Origin: the human T2T-CHM13v2.0 reference genome, Homo sapiens
Assembly: GCF_009914755.1 (NCBI RefSeq)
Contig: NC_060925.1
DNA: 64,000 nt
Strand: one strand, 5' to 3'
Each line of letters begins with the position of its first letter. The first letter of the stretch is position 1. Below, one piece after another: positions 1-11,500 of the stretch. A program made the translations under genes and the position numbers. The notes beneath the pieces are model-generated. The model made no database searches, was not told the origin of the DNA, and was given only the letters and a program-made list of their open reading frames with translations.

Positions 1-671
1 CAACGAAGGCCACAAGATGTCAGAATATCCACTTACAGACTTTACAAACAGAGTGTTTCCTAACTGCTCTATGAACAGAAAGGTTAAACTCTGTGAGTTG
101 AACGAACACATCACAACGCAGTTTGTGGGAATGATTCTGTCTAGTTTTGAAACGAAGATATTTCCTTTTCTGCCGTTGACCTTAAAGCGCTTGAAATCTA
201 CACTTGCAAATTGCACAAATAGAGTGTTTCAAATCTGCTCTGTCTAAGGGATCGTTCAACTCTGTGAGTTGAATGCACACAACACAAGGAAGTTACTGGG
301 AATTCTTCTGTCTAGCCTTACATGAAAAAAAACCCGTTTCCAACGAAAGCCTCTAAGTGGTCAAAATATCCACGTGCAGACTTTACAAACAGAGTGTTTC
401 CAAACCGCTGAATGAAAAGAAAAGTTAAACTCTGAGAGTTGAACGCACACATCACGCAGCAGTTTCTGAGAATGATTCTGTCTAGTTTTTATACGAAGAT
501 ATTTCCTTTTCTGCCCTTGGCCCCAAAGCGCTTGAAATCTCCACTTGCATATTCCACAAAAACAGTGTCTCAAATCTGCTCTCTCTAAATGAAAGTTCAA
601 CTCTGTCAGTTGAATACACACAACACAAGGAAGTTACTGAGAATTCTTCTGTCTAGCAGAATATGAAGAAA

Positions 672-688
672 TCCCGTTTCCAACGAAG
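672..688 (-). promoter_or_regulatory. CENP-B box (representative copy; recurs about every 340 bp across the window)
   Basis: Plus strand TCCCGTTTCCAACGAAG is the reverse complement of CTTCGTTGGAAACGGGA, the canonical 17-bp CENP-B box with intact core NTTCGNNNNANNCGGGN. Further copies at 1012, 1352, 1692, 2373, 2713 ... 63903. Confidence 0.97.
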
Positions 689-2543
689 GCCTCAAAGGGG
701 TCTGAATATCCACTTGCAGACTTTAAAAACAGAGTGTTTACTAACTGTTCTATGAAAAGAAAGGTTAAACTCTGTGAGTTGAACACACACATCACAAAGG
801 AGTTTCTGAGAATCATTCTGTCTAGTTTTTCTACGAAGATATTTCCTTTTCTACTATTGACCTCAAAGCGGCTGAAATCTCCACTTGCAAATTCCACAAA
901 AAGAGTGTTTCAAGTCTGCTCTGTGTAAAGGATCGTTCAACTCTGTGAGTTGAATACACACAACACAAGGAAGTTACTGAGAATTCTTCTGTCTAGCAGA
1001 ATAGGAAGAAATCCCGTTTCCAACGAAGGCCTCAAAGAGGTCTGAATATCCACTTGCAGACTTTCCAAACAGAGTGTTTCCTAACTGCTCTATGAAAAGA
1101 AAGGTTAAACTCTGTGAGTTGAACACACACATCACAAAGGAGTTTCTGAGAATCGTTCTGTCTAGTTTCTATAGGAAGATATTTCCTATTCTACCATTGA
1201 CCTCAAAGCGGCTGAAATCTCCACTTGCAAATTCCACAAAAAGAATGTTTCAAGTCTGCTCTGTGTAAAGGATCGTTCAACTCTGTGAGTTGAATACACA
1301 CAACACAAGGAAGTTACTGAGAATTATTCTGTCTAGCATAATATGAAGAAATCCCGTTTCCAACGAAGGCCCCAAAGAGGTCTGAATATCCACTTGCAGA
1401 CTTTACAAACAGAGTGTTTCCTAACTGCTCTATGAAAAGAAAGGTTAAACTCTGTGAGTTGAACGCACACATCACAAAGGAGTTTATGAGAATCATTCTG
1501 TCTAGTTTCTATAAGAAGATATTTCCTATTCTACCATTGACCTCAAAGCGGCTGAAATCTCCACTTGCAAATTCGACAAAAAGAGTGTTTCAAGCCTGCT
1601 CTCTGTAAAGGATCCTTCAACTCTGTGAGTTGAATACACACAACACAAGGAAGTTACTGAGAATTATTCTGTCTAGCATAATATGAAGAAATCCCGTTTC
1701 CAACGAAGGCCTCAAAGAGGTCTGAATATCCACTTGCAGACTTTACAAACAGAGTGTTTCCTAACTGCTCTATGAGAAGAAAAGTTAAACTCTGTGAGTT
1801 GAACGCACACATCACAAAAGATTTTCTGAGAATCATTCTGTCTAGTCTTTATATGAAGATAGTTTCCTTTTCTACCATTGACCTCAAAGCGGCTGAAATC
1901 TCCACTTGCAAATTCCACAAAAAGAGTGTTTCAAGTCTGCTCTGTGTAAAGGATCGTTCAACTCTGTGAGTTGAATACACACAACACAAGGAAGTTACTG
2001 AGAATTCTTCTGTCTAGCAGAATAGGAAGAAATCCCGTTTCCAACGAAGGCCTCAAAGAGGTCTGAATATCCACTTGCAGACTTTACAAACAGAGTGTTT
2101 CCTAACTGCTCTATGAAACGAAAGGTTAAACTCTGTGAGTTGAACGCACACATCACAAAGGAGTTTCTGAGAATCGTTCTGTCTAGTTTCTATAGGAAGA
2201 TATTTCCTATTCTACCATTGACCTCAAAGCGGCTGAAATCTCCACTTGCAAATTCCACAAAAAGAATGTTTCAAGTCTGCTCTGTGTAAAGGATCGTTCA
2301 ACTCTGTGAGTTGAATACACACAACACAAGGAAGTTACTGAGAATTCTTCTGTCTAGCAGAATATGAAGAAATCCCGTTTCCAACGAAGGCCTCAAAGAG
2401 GTCTGAATATCCACTTGCAGACTTTACAAACAGAGTGTTTCCTAACTGCTCTATGAAAAGAAAAGTTAAACTCTGTGAGTTGAACGCACACATCACAAAG
2501 GAGTTTCTGAGAATCATTCTGTCTGGTCTTTATACGAAGATAT

Positions 2544-2560
2544 TTCCTTTTCTACCATTG
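2544..2560 (-). promoter_or_regulatory. A-box (pJ-alpha-type site) of the A-type monomer, representative copy
   Basis: TTCCTTTTCTACCATTG lies 171 bp after a CENP-B box at the homologous monomer position and resembles the pJ-alpha box of A-type monomers. It alternates with CENP-B boxes. Confidence 0.7.
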
Positions 2561-5500
2561 ACCTCAAAGTGGCTGAAATCTCCACTTGCAAATTCCACAA
2601 AAAGAGTGTTTCAAGTCTGCTCTGTGTAAAGGATCGTTCAACTCTGTGAGTTGAATACACACAACACAAGGAAGTTACTGAGAATTCTTCTGTCTAGCAT
2701 AATATGAAGAAATCCCGTTTCCAACGAAGGCCTCAAGGAGGTCTGAATATCCACTTGCAGACTTTACAAACAGAGTGTTTCCTAACTGCTCTATGAACAG
2801 AAAGGTTAAACTCTGTGAGTTGAACGCACACATCACAAAGGAGTTTCTGAGAATCATTCTGTCTAGTCTTTATACGAAGATATTTACTTTTCTACCATTG
2901 ACCTCAAAGCGGCTGAAATCTCCACTTGCAAATTCCACAAAAAGAGTGTTTCAAGTCTGCTCTGTGTAAAGGATCATTCAACTCTGTGAGTTGAATAAAC
3001 ACAACACAAGGAAGTTACTGAGAATTCTTCTGTCTAGCAGAATATGAAGAAATCCCGTTTCCAACGAAGGCCTCAAGGAGGTCTGAATATCCACTTGCAG
3101 ACTTTACAAACAGAGTGTTTCCTAACTGCTCTATGAAAAGAAAGGTTAAACTCTGTGAGTTGAACGCACACATCACAAAGGAGTTTATGAGAATCATTCT
3201 GTCTAGTTTCTATAAGAAGATATTTCCTATTCTACCATTGACCTCAAAGCGGCTGAAATCTCCACTTGCAAATTCGACAAAAAGAGTGTTTCAAGCCTGC
3301 TCTCTGTAAAGGATCCTTCAACTCTGTGAGTTGAATACACACAACACAAGGAAGTTACTGAGAATTATTCTGTCTAGCATAATATGAAGAAATCCCGTTT
3401 CCAACGAAGGCCTCAAAGAGGTCTGAATATCCACTTGCAGACTTTACAAACAGAGTGTTTCCTAACTGCTCTATGAGAAGAAAAGTTAAACTCTGTGAGT
3501 TGAACGCACACATCACAAAAGATTTTCTGAGAATCATTCTGTCTAGTCTTTATATGAAGATAGTTTCCTTTTCTACCATTGACCTCAAAGCGGCTGAAAT
3601 CTCCACTGGCAAATTCCACAAAAAGAGTGTTTGAAGTCTGCTCTGTGTAAAGGATCGTTCAACTCTGTGAGTTGAATACACACAACACAAGGAAGTTACT
3701 GAGAATTCTTCTGTCTAGCAGAATATGAAGAAATCCCGTTTCCAACGAAGGCCACAAGATGTCAGAATATCCACTTACAGACTTTACAAACAGAGTGTTT
3801 CCTAACTGCTCTATGAACAGAAAGGTTAAACTCTGTGAGTTGAACGAGCACATCACAACGCAGTTTCTGGGAATGATTCGGTCTAGTTTTGAAACGAAGA
3901 TATTTCCTTTTCTGCCGTTGACCTTAAAGAGCTTGAAAACTACACTTGCAAATTGCACAAATAGAGTGTTTCAAATCTGCTCTGTCTAAGGGAACGTTCA
4001 ACTCTGTGAGTTGAATGCACACAACACAAGGAAGTTACTGGGAATTCTTCTGTCTAGCCTTACATGAAAAAATCCCGTTTCCAACGAAGGCCTCTAAGTG
4101 GTCAAAATTTCCACGTGCAGACTTTACAAACAGAGTGTTTCCAAACCGCTGAATGAAAAGAAAAGTTAAACTCTGAGAGTTGAACGCACACATCACGCAG
4201 CAGTTTCTGAGAATGATTCTGTCTAGTTTTTATACGAAGATATTTCCTTTTCTGCCTTTGGCCCCAAAGCGCTTGAAATCTCCACTTGCAAATTCCACAA
4301 AAACAGTGTTTCAAATCTGCTCTCTCTAAATGAAAGTTCAACTCTGTCAGTTGAATACACACAACACAAGGAAGTTACTGAGAATTCTTCTGTCTAGCAT
4401 AATATGAAGAAATCCAGTTTCCAACGAAGGCCTCAAAGGGGTCTGAATATCCACTTGCAGACTTTATAAACAGAGTGTTTACTAACTGCTCTATGAAAAG
4501 AAAGGTTAAACTCTGTGAGTTGAACACACACATCACAAAGGATTTTGTGGGAATCGTTCTGTCTAGTCTTTATACGAAGATAGTTTCCTTTTCTACCATT
4601 GACCTCAAAGCGGCTGAAATCTCCACTTGCAAATTCCACAAAAGGAGTGTTTCAAGTCTGCTCTGTGTAAAGGATCGTTCATCTCTGTGAGTTGAATACA
4701 CACAACACAAGGAAGTTACTGAGAATTCTTCTGTCTAGCAGAATATGAAGAAATCCCGTTTCCAACGAAGGCTTCAAAGAGGTCTGAATATCCACTTGCA
4801 GACTTTACAAACAGAGTGTTTCCTAACTGCTCTATGAAAAGAAAGTTTAAACTCTGTGAGTTGAACGCACACATCACAAAGGAGTTTCTGAGAATCATTC
4901 TGTCTAGTTTCTATAGGAAGATATTTCCTATTCTACCATTGACCTCAAAGCGGCTGAAATCTCCACTTGCAAATTCCACAAAAAGAGTGTTTCAAGTCTG
5001 CTCTGTGTAAAGGATCGTTCAACTCTGTGAGTTGAAAACACACAACACAAGGAAGTTACTGAGAATTCTTCTGTCTAGCAGAATATGAAGAAATCCCGTT
5101 TCCAACGAAGGCCTCAAGGAGGTCTGAATATCCACTTGCAGACTTTACAAACAGAGTGTTTCCTAACTGCTCTATGAACAGAAAGGTTAAACTCTGTGAG
5201 TTGAACGCACACATCACAAAGGAGTTTCTGAGAATCATTCTGTCTAGTCTTTATACGAAGATATTTACTTTTCTAACATTGACCTCAAAGCGGCTGAAAT
5301 CTCCACTTGCAAATTCCACAAAAAGAGTGTTTCAAGTCTGCTCTGTGTAAAGGATCATTCAACTCTGTGAGTTGAATAAACACAACACAAGGAAGTTACT
5401 GAGAATTCTTCTGTCTAGCAGAATATGAAGAAATCCCGTTTCCAACGAAGGCCTCAAGGAGGTCTGAATATCCACTTGCAGACTTTACAAACAGAGTGTT

Positions 5501-8500
5501 TCCTAACTGCTCTATGAAAAGAAAGGTTAAACTCTGTGAGTTGAACGCACACATCACAAAGGAGTTTATGAGAATCATTCTGTCTAGTTTTTATAAGAAG
5601 ATATTTCCTATTCTACCATTGACCTCAAAGCGGCTGAAATCTCCACTTGCAAATTCGACAAACAGAGTGTTTCAAGCCTGCTCTCTGTAAAGGATCCTTC
5701 AACTCTGTGAGTTGAATACACACAACACAAGGAAGTTACTGAGAATTATTCTGTCTAGCATAATATGAAGAAATCCCGTTTCCAACGAAGGCCTCAAAGA
5801 GGTCTGAATATCCACTTGCAGACTTTACAAACAGAGTGTTTCCTAACTGCTCTATGAGAAGAAAAGTTAAACTCTGTGAGTTGAACGCACACATCACAAA
5901 AGATTTTCTGAGAATCATTCTGTCTAGTCTTTATATGAAGATAGTTTCCTTTTCTACCATTGACCTCAAAGCGGCTGAAATCTCCACTTGCAAATTCCAC
6001 AAAAAGAGTGTTTCAAGACTGCTCTGTGTAAAGGATCGTTCAACTCTGTGAGTTGAATACACACAACACAAGGAAGTTACTGAGAATTCTTCTGTCTAGC
6101 AGAATAGGAAGAAATCCCGTTTCCAACGAAGGCCACAAGATGTCAGAATATCCACTTACAGACTTTACAAACAGAGTGTTTCCTAACTGCTCTATGAACA
6201 GAAAGGTTAAACTCTGTGAGTTGAACGAACACATCACAACGCAGTTTGTGGGAATGATTCTGTCTAGTTTTGAAACGAAGATATTTCCTTTTCTGCCGTT
6301 GACCTTAAAGCGCTTGAAATCTACACTTGCAAATTGCACAAATAGAGTGTTTCAAATCTGCTCTGTCTAAGGGATCGTTCAACTCTGTGAGTTGAATGCA
6401 CACAACACAAGGAAGTTACTGGGAATTCTTCTGTCTAGCCTTACATGAAAAAAAACCCGTTTCCAACGAAGGCCTCTAAGTGGTCAAAATATCCACGTGC
6501 AGACTTTACAAACAGAGTGTTTCCAAACCGCTGAATGAAAAGAAAAGTTAAACTCTGAGAGTTGAACGCACACATCACGCAGCAGTTTCTGAGAATGATT
6601 CTGTCTAGTTTTTATACGAAGATATTTCCTTTTCTGCCCTTGGCCCCAAAGCGCTTGAAATCTCCACTTGCATATTCCACAAAAACAGTGTCTCAAATCT
6701 GCTCTCTCTAAATGAAAGTTCAACTCTGTCAGTTGAATACACACAACACAAGGAAGTTACTGAGAATTCTTCTGTCTAGCAGAATATGAAGAAATCCCGT
6801 TTCCAACGAAGGCCTCAAAGGGGTCTGAATATCCACTTGCAGACTTTAAAAACAGAGTGTTTACTAACTGTTCTATGAAAAGAAAGGTTAAACTCTGTGA
6901 GTTGAACACACACATCACAAAGGAGTTTCTGAGAATCATTCTGTCTAGTTTTTCTACGAAGATATTTCCTTTTCTACTATTGACCTCAAAGCGGCTGAAA
7001 TCTCCACTTGCAAATTCCACAAAAAGAGTGTTTCAAGTCTGCTCTGTGTAAAGGATCGTTCAACTCTGTGAGTTGAATACACACAACACAAGGAAGTTAC
7101 TGAGAATTCTTCTGTCTAGCAGAATAGGAAGAAATCCCGTTTCCAACGAAGGCCTCAAAGAGGTCTGAATATCCACTTGCAGACTTTCCAAACAGAGTGT
7201 TTCCTAACTGCTCTATGAAAAGAAAGGTTAAACTCTGTGAGTTGAACACACACATCACAAAGGAGTTTCTGAGAATCGTTCTGTCTAGTTTCTATAGGAA
7301 GATATTTCCTATTCTACCATTGACCTCAAAGCGGCTGAAATCTCCACTTGCAAATTCCACAAAAAGAATGTTTCAAGTCTGCTCTGTGTAAAGGATCGTT
7401 CAACTCTGTGAGTTGAATACACACAACACAAGGAAGTTACTGAGAATTATTCTGTCTAGCATAATATGAAGAAATCCCGTTTCCAACGAAGGCCCCAAAG
7501 AGGTCTGAATATCCACTTGCAGACTTTACAAACAGAGTGTTTCCTAACTGCTCTATGAAAAGAAAGGTTAAACTCTGTGAGTTGAACGCACACATCACAA
7601 AGGAGTTTATGAGAATCATTCTGTCTAGTTTCTATAAGAAGATATTTCCTATTCTACCATTGACCTCAAAGCGGCTGAAATCTCCACTTGCAAATTCGAC
7701 AAAAAGAGTGTTTCAAGCCTGCTCTCTGTAAAGGATCCTTCAACTCTGTGAGTTGAATACACACAACACAAGGAAGTTACTGAGAATTATTCTGTCTAGC
7801 ATAATATGAAGAAATCCCGTTTCCAACGAAGGCCTCAAAGAGGTCTGAATATCCACTTGCAGACTTTACAAACAGAGTGTTTCCTAACTGCTCTATGAGA
7901 AGAAAAGTTAAACTCTGTGAGTTGAACGCACACATCACAAAAGATTTTCTGAGAATCATTCTGTCTAGTCTTTATATGAAGATAGTTTCCTTTTCTACCA
8001 TTGACCTCAAAGCGGCTGAAATCTCCACTTGCAAATTCCACAAAAAGAGTGTTTCAAGTCTGCTCTGTGTAAAGGATCGTTCAACTCTGTGAGTTGAATA
8101 CACACAACACAAGGAAGTTACTGAGAATTCTTCTGTCTAGCAGAATAGGAAGAAATCCCGTTTCCAACGAAGGCCTCAAAGAGGTCTGAATATCCACTTG
8201 CAGACTTTACAAACAGAGTGTTTCCTAACTGCTCTATGAAACGAAAGGTTAAACTCTGTGAGTTGAACGCACACATCACAAAGGAGTTTCTGAGAATCGT
8301 TCTGTCTAGTTTCTATAGGAAGATATTTCCTATTCTACCATTGACCTCAAAGCGGCTGAAATCTCCACTTGCAAATTCCACAAAAAGAATGTTTCAAGTC
8401 TGCTCTGTGTAAAGGATCGTTCAACTCTGTGAGTTGAATACACACAACACAAGGAAGTTACTGAGAATTCTTCTGTCTAGCAGAATATGAAGAAATCCCG

Positions 8501-11500
8501 TTTCCAACGAAGGCCTCAAAGAGGTCTGAATATCCACTTGCAGACTTTACAAACAGAGTGTTTCCTAACTGCTCTATGAAAAGAAAAGTTAAACTCTGTG
8601 AGTTGAACGCACACATCACAAAGGAGTTTCTGAGAATCATTCTGTCTGGTCTTTATACGAAGATATTTCCTTTTCTACCATTGACCTCAAAGTGGCTGAA
8701 ATCTCCACTTGCAAATTCCACAAAAAGAGTGTTTCAAGTCTGCTCTGTGTAAAGGATCGTTCAACTCTGTGAGTTGAATACACACAACACAAGGAAGTTA
8801 CTGAGAATTCTTCTGTCTAGCAGAATATGAAGAAATCCCATTTCCAACGAAGGCCTCAAGGAGGTCGGAATATCCACTTGCAGACTTTACAAACAGAGTG
8901 TTTCCTAACTGCTCTATGAACAGAAAGGTTAAACTCTGTGAGTTGAACGCACACATCACAAAGGAGTTTCTGAGAATCATTCTGTCTAGTCTTTATACGA
9001 AGATATTTACTTTTCTACCATTGACCTCAAAGCGGCTGAAATCTCCACTTGCAAATTCCACAAAAAGAGTGTTTCAAGTCTGCTCTGTGTAAAGGATCAT
9101 TCAACTCTGTGAGTTGAATAAACACAACACAAGGAAGTTACTGAGAATTCTTCTGTCTAGCAGAATATGAAGAAATCCCGTTTCCAACGAAGGCCTCAAG
9201 GAGGTCTGAATATCCACTTGCAGACTTTACAAACAGAGTGTTTCCTAACTGCTCTATGAAAAGAAAGGTTAAACTCTGTGAGTTGAACGCACACATCACA
9301 AAGGAGTTTATGAGAATCATTCTGTCTAGTTTCTATAAGAAGATATTTCCTATTCTACCATTGACCTCAAAGCGGCTGAAATCTCCACTTGCAAATTCGA
9401 CAAAAAGAGTGTTTCAAGCCTGCTCTCTGTAAAGGATCCTTCAACTCTGTGAGTTGAATACACACAACACAAGGAAGTTACTGAGAATTATTCTGTCTAG
9501 CATAATATGAAGAAATCCCGTTTCCAACGAAGGCCTCAAAGAGGTCTGAATATCCACTTGCAGACTTTACAAACAGAGTGTTTCCTAACTGCTCTATGAG
9601 AAGAAAAGTTAAACTCTGTGAGTTGAACGCACACATCACAAAAGATTTTCTGAGAATCATTCTGTCTAGTCTTTATATGAAGATAGTTTCCTTTTCTACC
9701 ATTGACCTCAAAGCGGCTGAAATCTCCACTGGCAAATTCCACAAAAAGAGTGTTTCAAGTCTGCTCTGTGTAAAGGATCGTTCAACTCTGTGAGTTGAAT
9801 ACACACAACACAAGGAAGTTACTGAGAATTCTTCTGTCTAGCAGAATATGAAGAAATCCCGTTTCCAACGAAGGCCACAAGATGTCAGAATATCCACTTA
9901 CAGACTTTACAAACAGAGTGTTTCCTAACTGCTCTATGAACAGAAAGGTTAAACTCTGTGAGTTGAACGAGCACATCACAACGCAGTTTCTGGGAATGAT
10001 TCGGTCTAGTTTTGAAACGAAGATATTTCCTTTTCTGCCGTTGACCTTAAAGAGCTTGAAAACTACACTTGCAAATTGCACAAATAGAGTGTTTCAAATC
10101 TGCTCTGTCTAAGGGAACGTTCAACTCTGTGAGTTGAATGCACACAACACAAGGAAGTTACTGGGAATTCTTCTGTCTAGCCTTACATGAAAAAATCCCG
10201 TTTCCAACGAAGGCCTCTAAGTGGTCAAAATTTCCACGTGCAGACTTTACAAACAGAGTGTTTCCAAACCGCTGAATGAAAAGAAAAGTTAAACTCTGAG
10301 AGTTGAACGCACACATCACGCAGCAGTTTCTGAGAATGATTCTGTCTAGTTTTTATACGAAGATATTTCCTTTTCTGCCTTTGGCCCCAAAGCGCTTGAA
10401 ATCTCCACTTGCAAATTCCACAAAAACAGTGTTTCAAATCTGCTCTCTCTAAATGAAAGTTCAACTCTGTCAGTTGAATACACACAACACAAGGAAGTTA
10501 CTGAGAATTCTTCTGTCTAGCATAATATGAAGAAATCCAGTTTCCAACGAAGGCCTCAAAGGGGTCTGAATATCCACTTGCAGACTTTATAAACAGAGTG
10601 TTTACTAACTGCTCTATGAAAAGAAAGGTTAAACTCTGTGAGTTGAACACACACATCACAAAGGATTTTGTGGGAATCGTTCTGTCTAGTCTTTATACGA
10701 AGATAGTTTCCTTTTCTACCATTGACCTCAAAGCGGCTGAAATCTCCACTTGCAAATTCCACAAAAGGAGTGTTTCAAGTCTGCTCTGTGTAAAGGATCG
10801 TTCATCTCTGTGAGTTGAATACACACAACACAAGGAAGTTACTGAGAATTCTTCTGTCTAGCAGAATATGAAGAAATCCCGTTTCCAACGAAGGCTTCAA
10901 AGAGGTCTGAATATCCACTTGCAGACTTTACAAACAGAGTGTTTCCTAACTGCTCTATGAAAAGAAAGTTTAAACTCTGTGAGTTGAACGCACACATCAC
11001 AAAGGAGTTTCTGAGAATCATTCTGTCTAGTTTCTATAGGAAGATATTTCCTATTCTACCATTGACCTCAAAGCGGCTGAAATCTCCACTTGCAAATTCC
11101 ACAAAAAGAGTGTTTCAAGTCTGCTCTGTGTAAAGGATCGTTCAACTCTGTGAGTTGAAAACACACAACACAAGGAAGTTACTGAGAATTCTTCTGTCTA
11201 GCAGAATATGAAGAAATCCCGTTTCCAACGAAGGCCTCAAGGAGGTCTGAATATCCACTTGCAGACTTTACAAACAGAGTGTTTCCTAACTGCTCTATGA
11301 ACAGAAAGGTTAAACTCTGTGAGTTGAACGCACACATCACAAAGGAGTTTCTGAGAATCATTCTGTCTAGTCTTTATACGAAGATATTTACTTTTCTAAC
11401 ATTGACCTCAAAGCGGCTGAAATCTCCACTTGCAAATTCCACAAAAAGAGTGTTTCAAGTCTGCTCTGTGTAAAGGATCATTCAACTCTGTGAGTTGAAT

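Noticed and set aside
371-376. E-box CACGTG once per HOR in dimer B
   Set aside because: It arises from a single substitution in CACTTG. A 6-mer match gives no evidence of bHLH binding.
6053-6370. Longest ORF (105 aa; also 12176, 47528, 53646, 61803)
   Set aside because: It results from one TGA-to-GGA variant (AATAGGAAG) preceding dimer A, which extends a spurious frame.
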